In this document: positions 1 to 9,552 of the stretch, piece by piece
Numbering within the stretch: the first letter of the stretch is position 1
Layout: every line of letters begins with the position of its first letter
Source: a candidate division WOR-3 bacterium
GTDB lineage: Bacteria > Hydrothermota > Tepidihabitantia > Tepidihabitantales > JAOUPE01
Assembly: GCA_039801565.1 (NCBI GenBank)
Contig: JBDRUX010000011.1
Location: 1-35,382 of the forward strand
DNA length: 35,382 nt
Direction of reading: 5' to 3'
Position numbers and translations under genes: made by a program
The notes under the pieces: model-generated
What the model was told of the DNA's origin: nothing
Databases searched by the model: none
What the model saw: the letters and a program-made list of their open reading frames with translations, nothing else

Positions 1-24
1 TATGAAAGAGAAACATATTACACA

Positions 25-351
25 GTGAAAGAGATAATCTCCCCGGAGATTTTGATTTTAAACAACGGTTTAAAAATCAAACTATTAGGGGTGAAAGAGA
101 GACCCGAAAAAATAAAAGAGGCTGTTCAGTTTTTAAGAGAGAAAACTAGGGGACAAAAGGTGTTCATGAAATTTGACAAGATAAAATATGATGAAGAGAA
201 AAACTTACTTTGCTATCTCTATTTGTGGAATAAGACATTCCTGAACGCCCATTTGATAAAAAATGGTCTTGTTGATGTGGATACGACTTTTGATTTTAAA
301 TATAAGATGAAGTTTTTAAATTTACGAAATGGATTAATCAAAGAAGTTTAG
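25..351 (+). CDS. Staphylococcal-nuclease (SNase/OB-fold)-like domain protein with degenerate catalytic residues. The N-terminus may extend off the window, since the frame is open back to position 1.
   Basis: The segment IKLLGVKERPE...AVQFLREK..GQKVFMKFDKIKYDEEKNLLCYLYLWNKTFLNAHLIKNGLV aligns with the SNase core (FRLLLVDTPE ... DKYGRGLAYIY ... VNEALVRQGLA). The Ca-binding Asp/Thr and catalytic Arg positions are substituted (K/E, N). It is translationally coupled to the next gene by a 1-nt gap. GC content is lower than in neighbouring genes. Confidence 0.5.
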   Translation: MKEIISPEILILNNGLKIKLLGVKERPEKIKEAVQFLREKTRGQKVFMKFDKIKYDEEKNLLCYLYLWNKTFLNAHLIKNGLVDVDTTFDFKYKMKFLNLRNGLIKEV

Positions 352-352
352 C

Positions 353-937
353 ATGATAATAAAATTTACTATCGAAGAAATCAGAAAGTATCTGGACATA
401 GATACGCCTGAGTTCCCAAAGTATGTAGCACCACTTATCAATTTAGCAAACCAATATGCGCAAGGAATACGCCCGAGAGTTGTTGGCCAAATGAGTGAGC
501 TTATTCAGGAGTTTGAAGGTAAAACCTTATCTGAGTGGGAGGAATGGTATTTGAAGAAAAAACCCAATGCAATAAAGAATGCTACTGAGAAAATACTCCA
601 GAAATTGAGAGAACTAAGGAATGCTATGAACAAGATTGACAGGGAGACTGTCGAAAAATGGGTGAAGGATCTGGTAATTGTGAAAACTTTTGCTGGATTA
701 AGATTTCACGAGGCAATACTCAAGAAAGGTGCAGAAATTAAAGGTACAAATTACCGCCTTGCTGAACCTGATGAGGAATCAAAAGGAATCGATGGTTACA
801 TTGGAGATATTCCAGTATCTATAAAACCCCATACCTATGAAGTGAAGGCAGCGTTACCAGAGCACATAGCCATCAAAATCATCATTTATAGGAAAATTGA
901 TGATGGAATTGAGGTTGATTATGGAGAAATATTGTAA
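353..937 (+). CDS. Hypothetical protein, possibly a nuclease or restriction-endonuclease-like protein, co-transcribed with the SNase-like gene.
   Basis: Clean 194-aa ORF with an ATG one nt after the upstream stop. A rho-independent terminator follows. I do not recognise a confidently assignable family. The nuclease-like context is the only functional hint. Confidence 0.45.
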   Translation: MIIKFTIEEIRKYLDIDTPEFPKYVAPLINLANQYAQGIRPRVVGQMSELIQEFEGKTLSEWEEWYLKKKPNAIKNATEKILQKLRELRNAMNKIDRETVEKWVKDLVIVKTFAGLRFHEAILKKGAEIKGTNYRLAEPDEESKGIDGYIGDIPVSIKPHTYEVKAALPEHIAIKIIIYRKIDDGIEVDYGEIL

Positions 938-1000
938 TAATCAGCCACTGCATCGCCTAACACAACATAAAAGGTTCATCCCTAATGGCATTCACCCAAA

Positions 1001-1025
1001 TTCCGCCTTTGGCGGAACTTCTTTT
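1001..1025 (+). terminator. Rho-independent terminator after the 25-937 gene pair.
   Basis: Hairpin ttccgcc-ttt-ggcggaa followed by cttctttt. Confidence 0.5.
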
Positions 1026-2024
1026 ATGCCCGATACCGTTTTATGCGCCATTTTGGCTGTGCAAAAGATGATGGCTTTTTACCAGAAAGTTGAAAGAGAC
1101 CTCTTGGTTATGGTTTAGGTGGCTCAAGGGTAAAGATTTCGTTACGAATCTTCTAACGCACATCTCCTCTCAATTTGCCGGCGCACCCACTTGTAAAGCG
1201 CAATATCCGCCTCAACCTTTAATGACTCACCAGAAAATTTATTCCTAACCTTCCAAATTTCACGGGCGAAGTTAAGATAAGCCGGGTAGAGTGGTGTAGG
1301 AATACCAAAATCAGTTTGGTTCGATTCTCAATCCCTTCTAACTCGGCTTGCCGGACAATCTGTTGGTCAATAATACTATCCCTTTGCTTCTCAATCGCTT
1401 GCTTAATCGTTTCCGGGTCATATCTTACCTCAAACTTCTTCATTCTTCTAACAGTAGACCTAACAAGCACTTATATCACCACCTTCTTATTTGTTTTCAT
1501 ATTTACATTACAATCAATTTCTTAGCCAAATCAATAGTCTATTCTCTAACTGGCTTACTGGGCAAGGAGTTAGGCAAGCCGGTGGGCAGTCCAGTAGGTT
1601 GCCTGCCGACTAGCCTAGGGGCTAGCCCACCCCCTAGCCTACCGGCTTGCCAATCTATTTACCAATTAGTTTGCCAAGATAGTGGACCAAAAGGTTGACC
1701 GGTGGCTTGCCCAGAAGATAACCCAGTGGTCTGGATAGTAGGCAAGTCAGAAAGCCGATTAGAGAGTAGGGTATTAGTTAAATCTTTAATCAATTGAAGT
1801 CAGGACTGCTTAGGTACAACTTTAAAAGACTACCCTTAGCCACACAACTCCAAAACTTACTTTTGCTATCCTCTCGCCTAAGTTATTGACTTATTAAACC
1901 TTCACAACTAAAGCCTATCCTAATATTATGCCGATGTTAAGCTCATAAGTTATCTGAAGCAACCTGGGATTCATTATGTGATTTGGGTCTGAAGGAATAT
2001 TTATATTCGACTGCCTGGCTATGA

Positions 2025-2483
2025 AAGTATCTTATCTGGATTTTAAAAACTGGGGTATGGTATTCGGTTTTATACCAGCAGAAAGTTCAAGAATCGGCTA
2101 ATCGGATAAGCTTTTGAGGTAAAGGTCGAGCTGGACGAGAAGAATTGATCTATCTGGTGACTGATCTTGAACCAGAAGTGGCACGAAGTCACTAACAATT
2201 ACGGATGAGGATTGAAGAGGCGTTTAGAGACTTAACGAGTGTATTAAGGTTAAAAAAACTTCGGCTCAAGGTTAATATTGAAGAACGGTTGGGGCGACTT
2301 GTCTTTGGCGCGATATTGGCGGTAGTTGTAGCGGCGTATTTATATCTGTTAGCGCTGGGTCAAATTTCCTTAAGTGGTCAAAAGGATTGCCGATTTAAGT
2401 TTTATCCAATTGGTCGTCCAGATTTGGCAGATATTGACAATTCGAAAACTTTTACTATGATTAATAATTTAAAATCGAAATGA
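2025..2483 (+). pseudogene. IS4-family (DDE) transposase C-terminal remnant with in-frame stop codons. It is probably the decayed 3' end of an insertion sequence that occupies the ~1.1 kb non-coding stretch 1119-2204.
   Basis: One reading frame gives ...GKGRAGREELIYLVTDLEPEVARSH*QLRMRIEEAFRDLTSVLRLKKLRLKVNIEERLGRLVFGAILAVVVAAYLYLLAL. This matches the IS4 C-terminal signature around the Y-(2)-R-(3)-E motif (..LLTNL..E..A.LY.QRW.IE..F..LK..LGL), with the catalytic E inside IEE. The expected Tyr codon is TAA (a one-base change from TAY). A second stop lies at 2115. The last 92 codons (2205-2483) are the only intact ORF. Confidence 0.5.
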
Positions 2484-3526
2484 TTAAGCAAGTGTCAACC
2501 ACTTTGGGATCGATGACTAAAATTAGTAACGACACCCGTTATGGCTATGCGATTGGACAAGTTCGTGTTCGTGAGGGGTTACTTTTTGACCGCAATCGCT
2601 ATGAGCAGTTAATCGCTGCGGAAAATGAAGAACATTTTTTAAGAATCTTAGCCAATTCGCCCTATAGTCAATTTCCAAAATCAAATGTTGAAGAGATTCT
2701 GAACGATGCCCATAACGAAAATTTTTTATTCTTGCGCAAATATTGTCGGGATAAATCGGTGCTTGACTTGTTCTCTTTTCAAGAGGATTTGCATAACCTA
2801 AAACTTTTCATCAAAGCCAAAATTGGACAAGCGCCGTCGCCAGAATTATACCTCTCACCTTTTGGCACAATATCAATTCCAGTATTGAATGCGCTAAGTG
2901 AAGCCTTCGTGAGAAAAGAGACCGACTTATTGAGTACTATTGGGATTGAAGACTTTTGGCGCACCGCAATCTTAAAAGCAAAAACTGTTTACGAGACAAC
3001 GAATGAACCAAAGTTGCTGGATTGCGAGTTAGACAAAGCGACATTAGGTCATTTATGTGAACTGGCTAAAGTTAATGACTTCCTTTACGGTTATTTTCAA
3101 AAAAAGGTTGATTTAACCAATATTGAGATATTACTGCGGATTCGGTTCTTTCAAGATAAGGAATCACTCTTAACCGAAGCACTAATTCCTGGTGGCACAA
3201 TTGAACTTGATTTTCTAAAAGAACTCTTCTTTGACCTTATTGAGAGGATAAGCGAAAAATTTGCCTTGACCCAATATGGGACAGTTGTCGCCGATGGTAT
3301 GAACTATTTAATCAATAATAAATCATTTATCCGATTTGAACGATTAGCAACCGAACACTTGCTTTCCTTTCTCTCCAAGGCTCGTTTTTTCACCTTTGGT
3401 TACGAACCTTTAATTGGTTATTTCTTATTTAAGGAGAATGAAATCAAAAATCTTCGCAAACTATTTCAGGGTTTACGGATGCGAGTAAATAAGGAGATGC
3501 TCCGCGAGACGATTGCCTATGTCTAA
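2480..3526 (+). CDS. atpC: V-type ATP synthase subunit C (V0 d-like). An alternative start at ATG 2513 would match the homolog N-terminus better.
   Basis: YAIGQVRVREGLLF.. and QEDLHNLKLFIKAK match the conserved V/A-ATPase subunit C motifs (YLNARVRVRRGTLL; NDLHNLQALLRAK). The length is about 340 aa. It is followed by the F, A and B subunit genes. Confidence 0.85.
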   Translation: MIKQVSTTLGSMTKISNDTRYGYAIGQVRVREGLLFDRNRYEQLIAAENEEHFLRILANSPYSQFPKSNVEEILNDAHNENFLFLRKYCRDKSVLDLFSFQEDLHNLKLFIKAKIGQAPSPELYLSPFGTISIPVLNALSEAFVRKETDLLSTIGIEDFWRTAILKAKTVYETTNEPKLLDCELDKATLGHLCELAKVNDFLYGYFQKKVDLTNIEILLRIRFFQDKESLLTEALIPGGTIELDFLKELFFDLIERISEKFALTQYGTVVADGMNYLINNKSFIRFERLATEHLLSFLSKARFFTFGYEPLIGYFLFKENEIKNLRKLFQGLRMRVNKEMLRETIAYV

Positions 3527-3818
3527 TATCTGTATCATTGGCGACCGCGATACGATTCTACCTTTTAAAGTTTTAGGTGTTGAGATAATTCCAATGCTTC
3601 CCGGACCCGAGGTAACTGAGCAAGTGCGGTCGCTTTTGTCGGAAAAGTTGGTCATCTTTTTCACTCCGGAATTATTTCCATACTTACAACCATTGATGGA
3701 TAAGACGCGTAAAGACCCGACTCCTTGTTTCATTGCCCTGCCTTTGACCAAAGAGGAAATGAGTATCAAACGGTTAAAGCGGTTGGTAGCAAGGGCAGTG
3801 GGCGCCGAGTTGATTTAA
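3513..3818 (+). CDS. atpF: V-type ATP synthase subunit F.
   Basis: 101 aa. The N-terminus MSNICIIGDRDTILPFKVLGVE is typical of V-ATPase F. It overlaps the end of subunit C and directly precedes subunit A. Confidence 0.8.
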   Translation: MPMSNICIIGDRDTILPFKVLGVEIIPMLPGPEVTEQVRSLLSEKLVIFFTPELFPYLQPLMDKTRKDPTPCFIALPLTKEEMSIKRLKRLVARAVGAELI

Positions 3819-3821
3819 GCG

Positions 3822-5588
3822 ATGGCTACTGTCGGTACTATCGTTAAAGTCTCAGGACCTTTGGTTGTTGCCAAAGGGATGACCGGTACAAAGATGTATG
3901 ATGTGGTAAGGGTGAGTGAAAAAAAATTGATTGGCGAGGTGATAAGACTGGAAGGTGATTTGGCATCAATCCAAGTTTACGAAGAAACCGGAGGTATTGG
4001 TCCTGGTGAGCCGGTCTATCCAACTTATGAACCATTGTCGGTAGAATTGGGGCCGGGCCTAATCCAATCCATCTACGACGGTATCCAACGACCCTTAGAT
4101 ATTATTCGAGAAAAGACTGGTGATTTCATTGCTCGGGGTGTTGACATTCCAGCCTTGGACCGAACTCGGCGCTGGCATTTCATACCAATCAAGCAAAAAG
4201 GCGATAAAGTTCTTCCGGGTAGTGTAATCGGCACCGTTCAAGAGACCGAATTGGTTCGTCACAAGATTATGATTCCACCGGGAGTTGAAGGTGAAATTTT
4301 AAAAATCGAAGAGGGTGAATTTACTGTGACCGAGCCGATTGCTATCGTAAAGACCGAAAATGGTGAGAAAGAAATTTTCTTAATGCAACGCTGGCCGGTC
4401 CGTCAACCAAGACCTTATCAAGCGAAATTACCCTTAGCCGAACCGCTACCAACTGGCCAAAGGGTGATTGATACCTTTTTCCCAATCGCCAAAGGAGGCA
4501 CGGCTTGTGTGCCAGGTCCATTTGGTTCGGGTAAGACGGTAATTCAGCACCAGTTTGCCAAGTGGTCGGATGCCGATATTATCATCTTTATTGGCTGTGG
4601 CGAACGGGGTAATGAGATGACCGATGTCTTATTGGAATTTCCCAAACTGACTGACCCCAAGACCGGAAGACCCTTGATGGAACGGACCGTACTGATTGCC
4701 AACACTTCTAATATGCCAGTAGCCGCCCGGGAGGCATCGGTCTATACTGGTATTACGATTGCGGAATATTTTCGGGATATGGGTTATTCCGTGGCTTTGC
4801 AGGCCGATTCCACTTCAAGATGGGCAGAGGCGATGCGCGAAATCTCGGGTCGGTTAGAAGAGATGCCCGGTGAAGAAGGCTATCCTGCTTATCTTTCGGC
4901 ACGGATTGCCGAGTTTTACGAAAGGGCTGGTGCGGTGCGAACTTTAGGTGATGCCAACCAAATTGGCTATTTATCGGTTATCGGTTCAATCTCGCCACCC
5001 GGTGGTGACTTATCTGACCCGGTTGTCCAAGCAACCTTAAGGGTTGTAAAAGTCTTTTGGTCATTAGAGGATAAACTTGCCTTTGCCCGACATTTTCCTG
5101 CCATATCTTGGCTCAACTCTTATTCGCTTTACACCGAAACGGTGAAAGACTATTTTGAGGAAAAGTTAGAGAAAGGATTTGTGGAAAGAGCTAAAGCCGC
5201 GATGATGCTATTGGAAAAAGAGGCGGAATTAGAAGAGATTATTCGGTTGGTTGGCAAAGATAGCCTCTCACCAGCTGACCGGTTAATTCTGGAAGCCGCC
5301 CGCTCGATTCGAGAAGACTTTCTCCACCAGAACGCTTTCCATGAAATTGATACCTATACCTCACTTAAAAAACAATCGGCAATGTTGGAGTTAATACTCT
5401 ACTTTTATGAAAAAGCGAAACAAGCCTTGGAAAAAGGAGCGGACATTACTGAGATTGAAAAATTAGCGGTGCGGGAACGGATTGCCCGAATGAAATATCT
5501 GAAAGAAGAAGAACCGGAAAAGATTTACCAAATCAAAGAGGCGATAGATGCCGAATTGACACAATTATTCGAGAAAACTGTAAGATGA
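3822..5588 (+). CDS. atpA: V-type ATP synthase catalytic subunit A.
   Basis: 588 aa. Walker [14 protein letters not shown]. Typical V/A-type A-subunit length and the non-homologous N-terminal insert region are present. ATGA overlap with subunit B. Confidence 0.95.
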   Translation: MATVGTIVKVSGPLVVAKGMTGTKMYDVVRVSEKKLIGEVIRLEGDLASIQVYEETGGIGPGEPVYPTYEPLSVELGPGLIQSIYDGIQRPLDIIREKTGDFIARGVDIPALDRTRRWHFIPIKQKGDKVLPGSVIGTVQETELVRHKIMIPPGVEGEILKIEEGEFTVTEPIAIVKTENGEKEIFLMQRWPVRQPRPYQAKLPLAEPLPTGQRVIDTFFPIAKGGTACVPGPFGSGKTVIQHQFAKWSDADIIIFIGCGERGNEMTDVLLEFPKLTDPKTGRPLMERTVLIANTSNMPVAAREASVYTGITIAEYFRDMGYSVALQADSTSRWAEAMREISGRLEEMPGEEGYPAYLSARIAEFYERAGAVRTLGDANQIGYLSVIGSISPPGGDLSDPVVQATLRVVKVFWSLEDKLAFARHFPAISWLNSYSLYTETVKDYFEEKLEKGFVERAKAAMMLLEKEAELEEIIRLVGKDSLSPADRLILEAARSIREDFLHQNAFHEIDTYTSLKKQSAMLELILYFYEKAKQALEKGADITEIEKLAVRERIARMKYLKEEEPEKIYQIKEAIDAELTQLFEKTVR

Positions 5589-6973
5589 TTAAAGATTACC
5601 AGACGGTCACGGAAATTGCTGGACCACTACTGCTCGTTTCCGGTGTAAGTGGGGTAAAGTATCAGGAACTGGTGGAGATTCATCTCCCATCCGGCGAAAT
5701 GCGGCAAGGCCAGGTCTTAGAAGTGGACGAAGACCGGGCATTGATTCAAGTATTTCAAGGCACGGCAGGAATTGATATTCCAAAAAGTAAGATTAGATTT
5801 TTAGGCAAAGGAATTACCATTCCTTTGTCCCAAGACCTTTTAGGGCGAGTCTTAGATGGTTTAGGCCGGCCCCGTGATGGCGGACCACCAATCATTCCTG
5901 ACACCTTTCGCGATATCAACGGTGCGCCTATCAATCCTTTTGCTCGAGAATATCCTAACGAATTTATCCAAACCGGTATTTCGGCAATTGATGGTCTGAA
6001 TACCTTAGTCCGGGGTCAGAAATTACCAATCTTTTCTGGCTCAGGCTTACCCCATAACCGGTTGGCAGCCCAGATTGTGCGGCAAGCAAAGGTTTTGGGC
6101 AAAGAAGAGACCTTTGCGGTAGTCTTTGGAGCAATGGGGATAACCTTTGAAGAAGCCGAATTTTTTCAAAAAGATTTTCGAACCAGTGGTGCCTTAGCAA
6201 GAACCGTACTTTTCCTAAATTTAGCCGACGAACCAGCCATTGAAAGAATTGCGACACCAAGGGCAGCCCTCACCTGTGCTGAATACCTTGCCTTTGAATG
6301 TGATATGCATGTCTTGGTTGTCCTAACCGATATGACTAATTACTGTGAAGCATTAAGGGAAATATCCGCTGCCCGCAAAGAGATTCCGGGTCGGCGCGGT
6401 TATCCTGGCTATCTCTATACTGATTTGGCATCAATTTATGAACGGTGTGGTAGAATTAAAGGCAAAAAAGGTTCAATTACCTTAATGCCAATCTTGACGA
6501 TGCCTGAAGACGATAAAACCCATCCGATTCCAGATTTGACCGGTTATATTACCGAAGGGCAGATTATTTTGTCACGCAGTTTACAACGGAAAAAAGTTTC
6601 TCCGCCAATTGATGTCTTACCTTCGCTATCCCGCCTTAAAGATAAAGGGATTGGCAAAGGTAAGACCCGAGAAGACCATGCCGATTTATTCAACCAATTA
6701 TTTGCTGCTTATGCCCGGGGTAAAGAAGCTGAAGAATTACAGGTAATTTTGGGTGAAGCGGCGTTAACCGAAATGGACCGACTTTATCTAAGGTTTGCCA
6801 ATGAATTTGAACAGCGCTATGTCTCGCAGGGTGAATACGAGGACCGTTCCATTGACCAAACTTTAGATTTAGGCTGGGAACTTTTAAGGATGTTTCCGAG
6901 AACCGAACTGAAGCGGGTAAGGGAAGAATATTTAGAAAAGTATTGGGCAAAATCGGGGGAAAAACAGCAATAA
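5585..6973 (+). CDS. atpB: V-type ATP synthase subunit B (regulatory).
   Basis: 462 aa with alpha/beta ATPase fold motifs and no canonical P-loop, as expected for V-type B. It is coupled to atpA. Confidence 0.95.
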   Translation: MIKDYQTVTEIAGPLLLVSGVSGVKYQELVEIHLPSGEMRQGQVLEVDEDRALIQVFQGTAGIDIPKSKIRFLGKGITIPLSQDLLGRVLDGLGRPRDGGPPIIPDTFRDINGAPINPFAREYPNEFIQTGISAIDGLNTLVRGQKLPIFSGSGLPHNRLAAQIVRQAKVLGKEETFAVVFGAMGITFEEAEFFQKDFRTSGALARTVLFLNLADEPAIERIATPRAALTCAEYLAFECDMHVLVVLTDMTNYCEALREISAARKEIPGRRGYPGYLYTDLASIYERCGRIKGKKGSITLMPILTMPEDDKTHPIPDLTGYITEGQIILSRSLQRKKVSPPIDVLPSLSRLKDKGIGKGKTREDHADLFNQLFAAYARGKEAEELQVILGEAALTEMDRLYLRFANEFEQRYVSQGEYEDRSIDQTLDLGWELLRMFPRTELKRVREEYLEKYWAKSGEKQQ

Positions 6974-7018
6974 AGGTCTCCCTTGTCACAAAATTACCAA
7001 AAATTAGCAATTTTTTCC

Positions 7019-7046
7019 TTGACAAGTCCAATAAAATTTATAAAAT
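7019..7046 (+). promoter_or_regulatory. Sigma70-like promoter (TTGACA-N16-TAAAAT) for the FG-GAP/T9SS gene, giving a ~175-nt structured leader.
   Basis: TTGACA at 7019-7024, a 16-nt spacer, TAAAAT at 7041-7046. The downstream gene has a strong SD (aagggag) before ATG 7227. Confidence 0.45.
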
Positions 7047-7226
7047 AATTTGCTATTATGATGAATTCGCGTAGTCTGGTAGTTACCTGTGGACTGACGC
7101 CTGTTACTGAAAAACTTGAAAGGCATGCGAACCTCTTCAGACTTTTTTTTCAGTAACGCACTAAAAATAAACAATTTTTCCGGGGCGTCATTAATTTATA
7201 AAAATGCTGTAGAAGGGAGATAACAA

Positions 7227-9425
7227 ATGTATTTACTCCTAACACTCGCCCTCCTTCTGCCACAAGCGCTGGAAACACAAACCGATTGGGTCGGCGGTCC
7301 TGGGATATTAGGTCCGGTTACTACCTGGCAAACTTCATTCCATCAATCTACAGACATTAATTACAATATCAGCGGACAGATCTCATTAGTCTCAATTACT
7401 ATTCCGGGGGGATGGTCAAAACATTCAATTCAAACCGATTCAAGAATTCTTGGGCAATCAGGAATATATCCAGCTGATTTTGATGGTGATGGCGACTTCG
7501 ACCTTGCTAGTTGGATTGATAATCCCGATGCAGTCAGAATTTACAAAAACCAAAAAGTTGAGACTAATGATGTGAATTTCATTGTTCAGACAAACCTATC
7601 CCTTCCTAACACTACTGGCTCTTACGGCTTGTTGTGGTGCGGTGATTTAGACAATGATGGCGATGCCGATATTGTTGTGCCCTGTACGCCGGGACCAATT
7701 TGGTTTGAGAATACCGGTAGTTTTAATTTTACCTCGCATACTATCGGAAGTATAACCTACGACCGGGCTTCTTGTGATGTTGGCGATGTGGATAACGATG
7801 GCGACAAGGATATCTTGATTTATGGGACTAACAATAATAAGCTTGATTTATGGCGCAACACTGGAGCAATGAATTTTACCCGGCAAAACATCAATACGAC
7901 TGGTAACTGGTGGCGAGTTATGTTCGGTCACCTTAACAACGATAACTTTCTTGATATATTCAATTCGGGTGATGTTTACATAAATTCGGGCGGTAATTTT
8001 CCAAGCACGCCGGACTGGACTGCTCCTCAGTGGAATGACATCGATGGCATTTGGATTCGCGATTTTGATAACGATGCCGATAACGACCTTCTTATTGGCT
8101 TCCAATGGGCGTCAACGCCAGAAATGGCTTGGTTTGAGAATGACGGCTCTGGGATTTCTTATACAAAACACACAATCTGCACCGGTTCCCAAGCGTATGA
8201 GCACTCAGACGCCTGCATCGGTGAGGATATTGACCAGGATGGTGTGCCGGATGTAATTGGAGTCTATCAAAAAGTTGGCTACTTCCGCCAATATCCTATT
8301 GGTACTTTTACTCTAAATGACATTGACAACAACTTTCCCGATGCGCATTGGTGTTTTGTTACCAACTTAGATTTTAAACCCGGTGGTTCTGATTTCGACC
8401 TGGATATTCTTGCCAGTAGAGTGGGTGAATTTGCTTGGTGGGAGAATAAAGCAGCTGGGGTACAGTATGCAGATTTGGGCTCTCTCGAATCCTCTATTTT
8501 AGAGAAACTCGATGCTAACTCCTGGCAAAAACTCTATTGGGTCGGCGCTCGTCCGGTAGGAACAACGTTAAACTTATATGTCCGGTCTGGTGCCGATGCA
8601 TCTTCGATTCAGACTAATGCCTGGCAGGGACCGTTCCAAGTTCCAACCGGAACGCCTTCTGGCGATTTCGATATCTCGAGTGTTACTACCCCCGGTCATC
8701 ACTATTTTCAATACAAAGTAGAAATGACCACTAATATTGCCAAAGACCTATCACCGGTTCTTTATGAAATTAGTGTCGAATATCAAGTTTCCGGCGTTGG
8801 TATTCATGATGTCGGGGTGCTTGAGATTCTTGCACCTATTGGTGATATTGAACCAGGTACGCTTGTTACACCAACCGCTTTGTTTAAGAACTTTGGTGAC
8901 TTTGATGAAAACTTCTTCGCTTTCTTCCAAATCGGTTGCATCTACTTTGATTTTCGATTTATCAGTTTAACCGCCGGCGAAACTGCCACGGTAACTTTCA
9001 CTCCCTGGACTGCAGAGGAAGGTTACTATAGCGAAGGTGCATCTACTTTTCTTGAGACTGATGAAAACCAAACCAATGATACCGTTACAGATTGGTTAAG
9101 AGTTGTCTCGCCACCTGGTTCTTCTGCTGACCCCTTTAGTCCATGTGGTTACAATGTACCACTAAAGTTCGAACTATTTAAACCAGCTCCTAATCCAACA
9201 GCAAATAATCTCTCAATAAGCTATGCAATATCTAATCCGTCCCAAGTTGAAATTGAAATCTGTGATATTAATGGCAGGGTAATTAAAAATTTGATGACCG
9301 AAGTACGACCTGCAGGTTATTACCGAATCGGTGTTAACTGTACTGATTTCGGCGCTGGTGTCTATATTGTGAAGATGAAAGCGGGAAAATTTGAAGCAGT
9401 TGAAAAATTTGTCGTGACTAAATAA
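7227..9425 (+). CDS. Secreted FG-GAP/VCBS-repeat beta-propeller protein with a T9SS C-terminal sorting domain.
   Basis: N-terminal signal peptide MYLLLTLALLLPQALE. Repeated Ca-binding-like DxDxDG motifs (DFDGDGDFD, DLDNDGDADIVV, DVDNDGDKDILI). C-terminus LSISYAISNPSQVEIEICDINGRVIKNL...GVYIVKMKAG.FEAVEKFVVTK matches the type-A Por secretion CTD. Confidence 0.8.
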   Translation: MYLLLTLALLLPQALETQTDWVGGPGILGPVTTWQTSFHQSTDINYNISGQISLVSITIPGGWSKHSIQTDSRILGQSGIYPADFDGDGDFDLASWIDNPDAVRIYKNQKVETNDVNFIVQTNLSLPNTTGSYGLLWCGDLDNDGDADIVVPCTPGPIWFENTGSFNFTSHTIGSITYDRASCDVGDVDNDGDKDILIYGTNNNKLDLWRNTGAMNFTRQNINTTGNWWRVMFGHLNNDNFLDIFNSGDVYINSGGNFPSTPDWTAPQWNDIDGIWIRDFDNDADNDLLIGFQWASTPEMAWFENDGSGISYTKHTICTGSQAYEHSDACIGEDIDQDGVPDVIGVYQKVGYFRQYPIGTFTLNDIDNNFPDAHWCFVTNLDFKPGGSDFDLDILASRVGEFAWWENKAAGVQYADLGSLESSILEKLDANSWQKLYWVGARPVGTTLNLYVRSGADASSIQTNAWQGPFQVPTGTPSGDFDISSVTTPGHHYFQYKVEMTTNIAKDLSPVLYEISVEYQVSGVGIHDVGVLEILAPIGDIEPGTLVTPTALFKNFGDFDENFFAFFQIGCIYFDFRFISLTAGETATVTFTPWTAEEGYYSEGASTFLETDENQTNDTVTDWLRVVSPPGSSADPFSPCGYNVPLKFELFKPAPNPTANNLSISYAISNPSQVEIEICDINGRVIKNLMTEVRPAGYYRIGVNCTDFGAGVYIVKMKAGKFEAVEKFVVTK

Positions 9426-9442
9426 AAAAAACAAAAAACCAA

Positions 9443-9470
9443 GGGCTGAGCTTAGCTCAGCCCTTTTTTA
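9443..9470. terminator. Rho-independent terminator, probably bidirectional, between the convergent genes 7227-9425 (+) and 9553-10278 (-).
   Basis: Perfect hairpin gggctgagc-tta-gctcagccc followed by tttttta. An A-run precedes it on the other strand. Confidence 0.7.
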
Positions 9471-9552
9471 TTCTAAAGCAGAAATTATGATGACACGAGT
9501 TCAGACTAAAAAGATTTAATTAATTTACCGAAAATCAAGAATTTTTACTGAA

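Noticed and set aside
897-1118. 73-aa ORF overlapping the end of the 353-937 gene and its terminator.
   Set aside because: It overlaps a better gene and runs through the terminator hairpin. Its composition is not protein-like.
1300-1345. GGTTCGATTC (tRNA T-loop-like word) in the spacer.
   Set aside because: The flanking bases cannot form a T-stem or acceptor stem, and no cloverleaf can be built.
1219-1470. 83-aa minus-strand ORF. From an internal Met it reads MKKFEVRYDPETIKQAIEKQRDSIIDQQIVRQAELEGIE, which is protein-like.
   Set aside because: Only ~40 residues look protein-like before the frame runs into nonsense. It lies in the decayed IS region. It is probably a gene fragment, too uncertain to call as a CDS.
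1316-1698. Plus-strand ORFs of 69 and 116 aa in the GC-word-rich part of the spacer.
   Set aside because: Low-complexity translations (LGKELGKPVGSPVG..SPPPSLP) arise from repeated GC-rich words. There is no start context.
2205-2483. 92-aa ORF as a standalone gene.
   Set aside because: It reads as the C-terminus of an IS4-type transposase whose upstream frame is interrupted by stops, so it is reported as a pseudogene.
3844-4035. Antisense or out-of-frame ORFs inside large genes (3844-4035, 5964-6260, 6690-7031, 7848-8105, 10672-10932, 11290-11568, 14100-14414, 25582-25884, 28821-29060, 29042-29383 and others).
   Set aside because: They lie fully inside well-supported genes on the opposite strand or in another frame, and have no start context. 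They are typical shadow ORFs.
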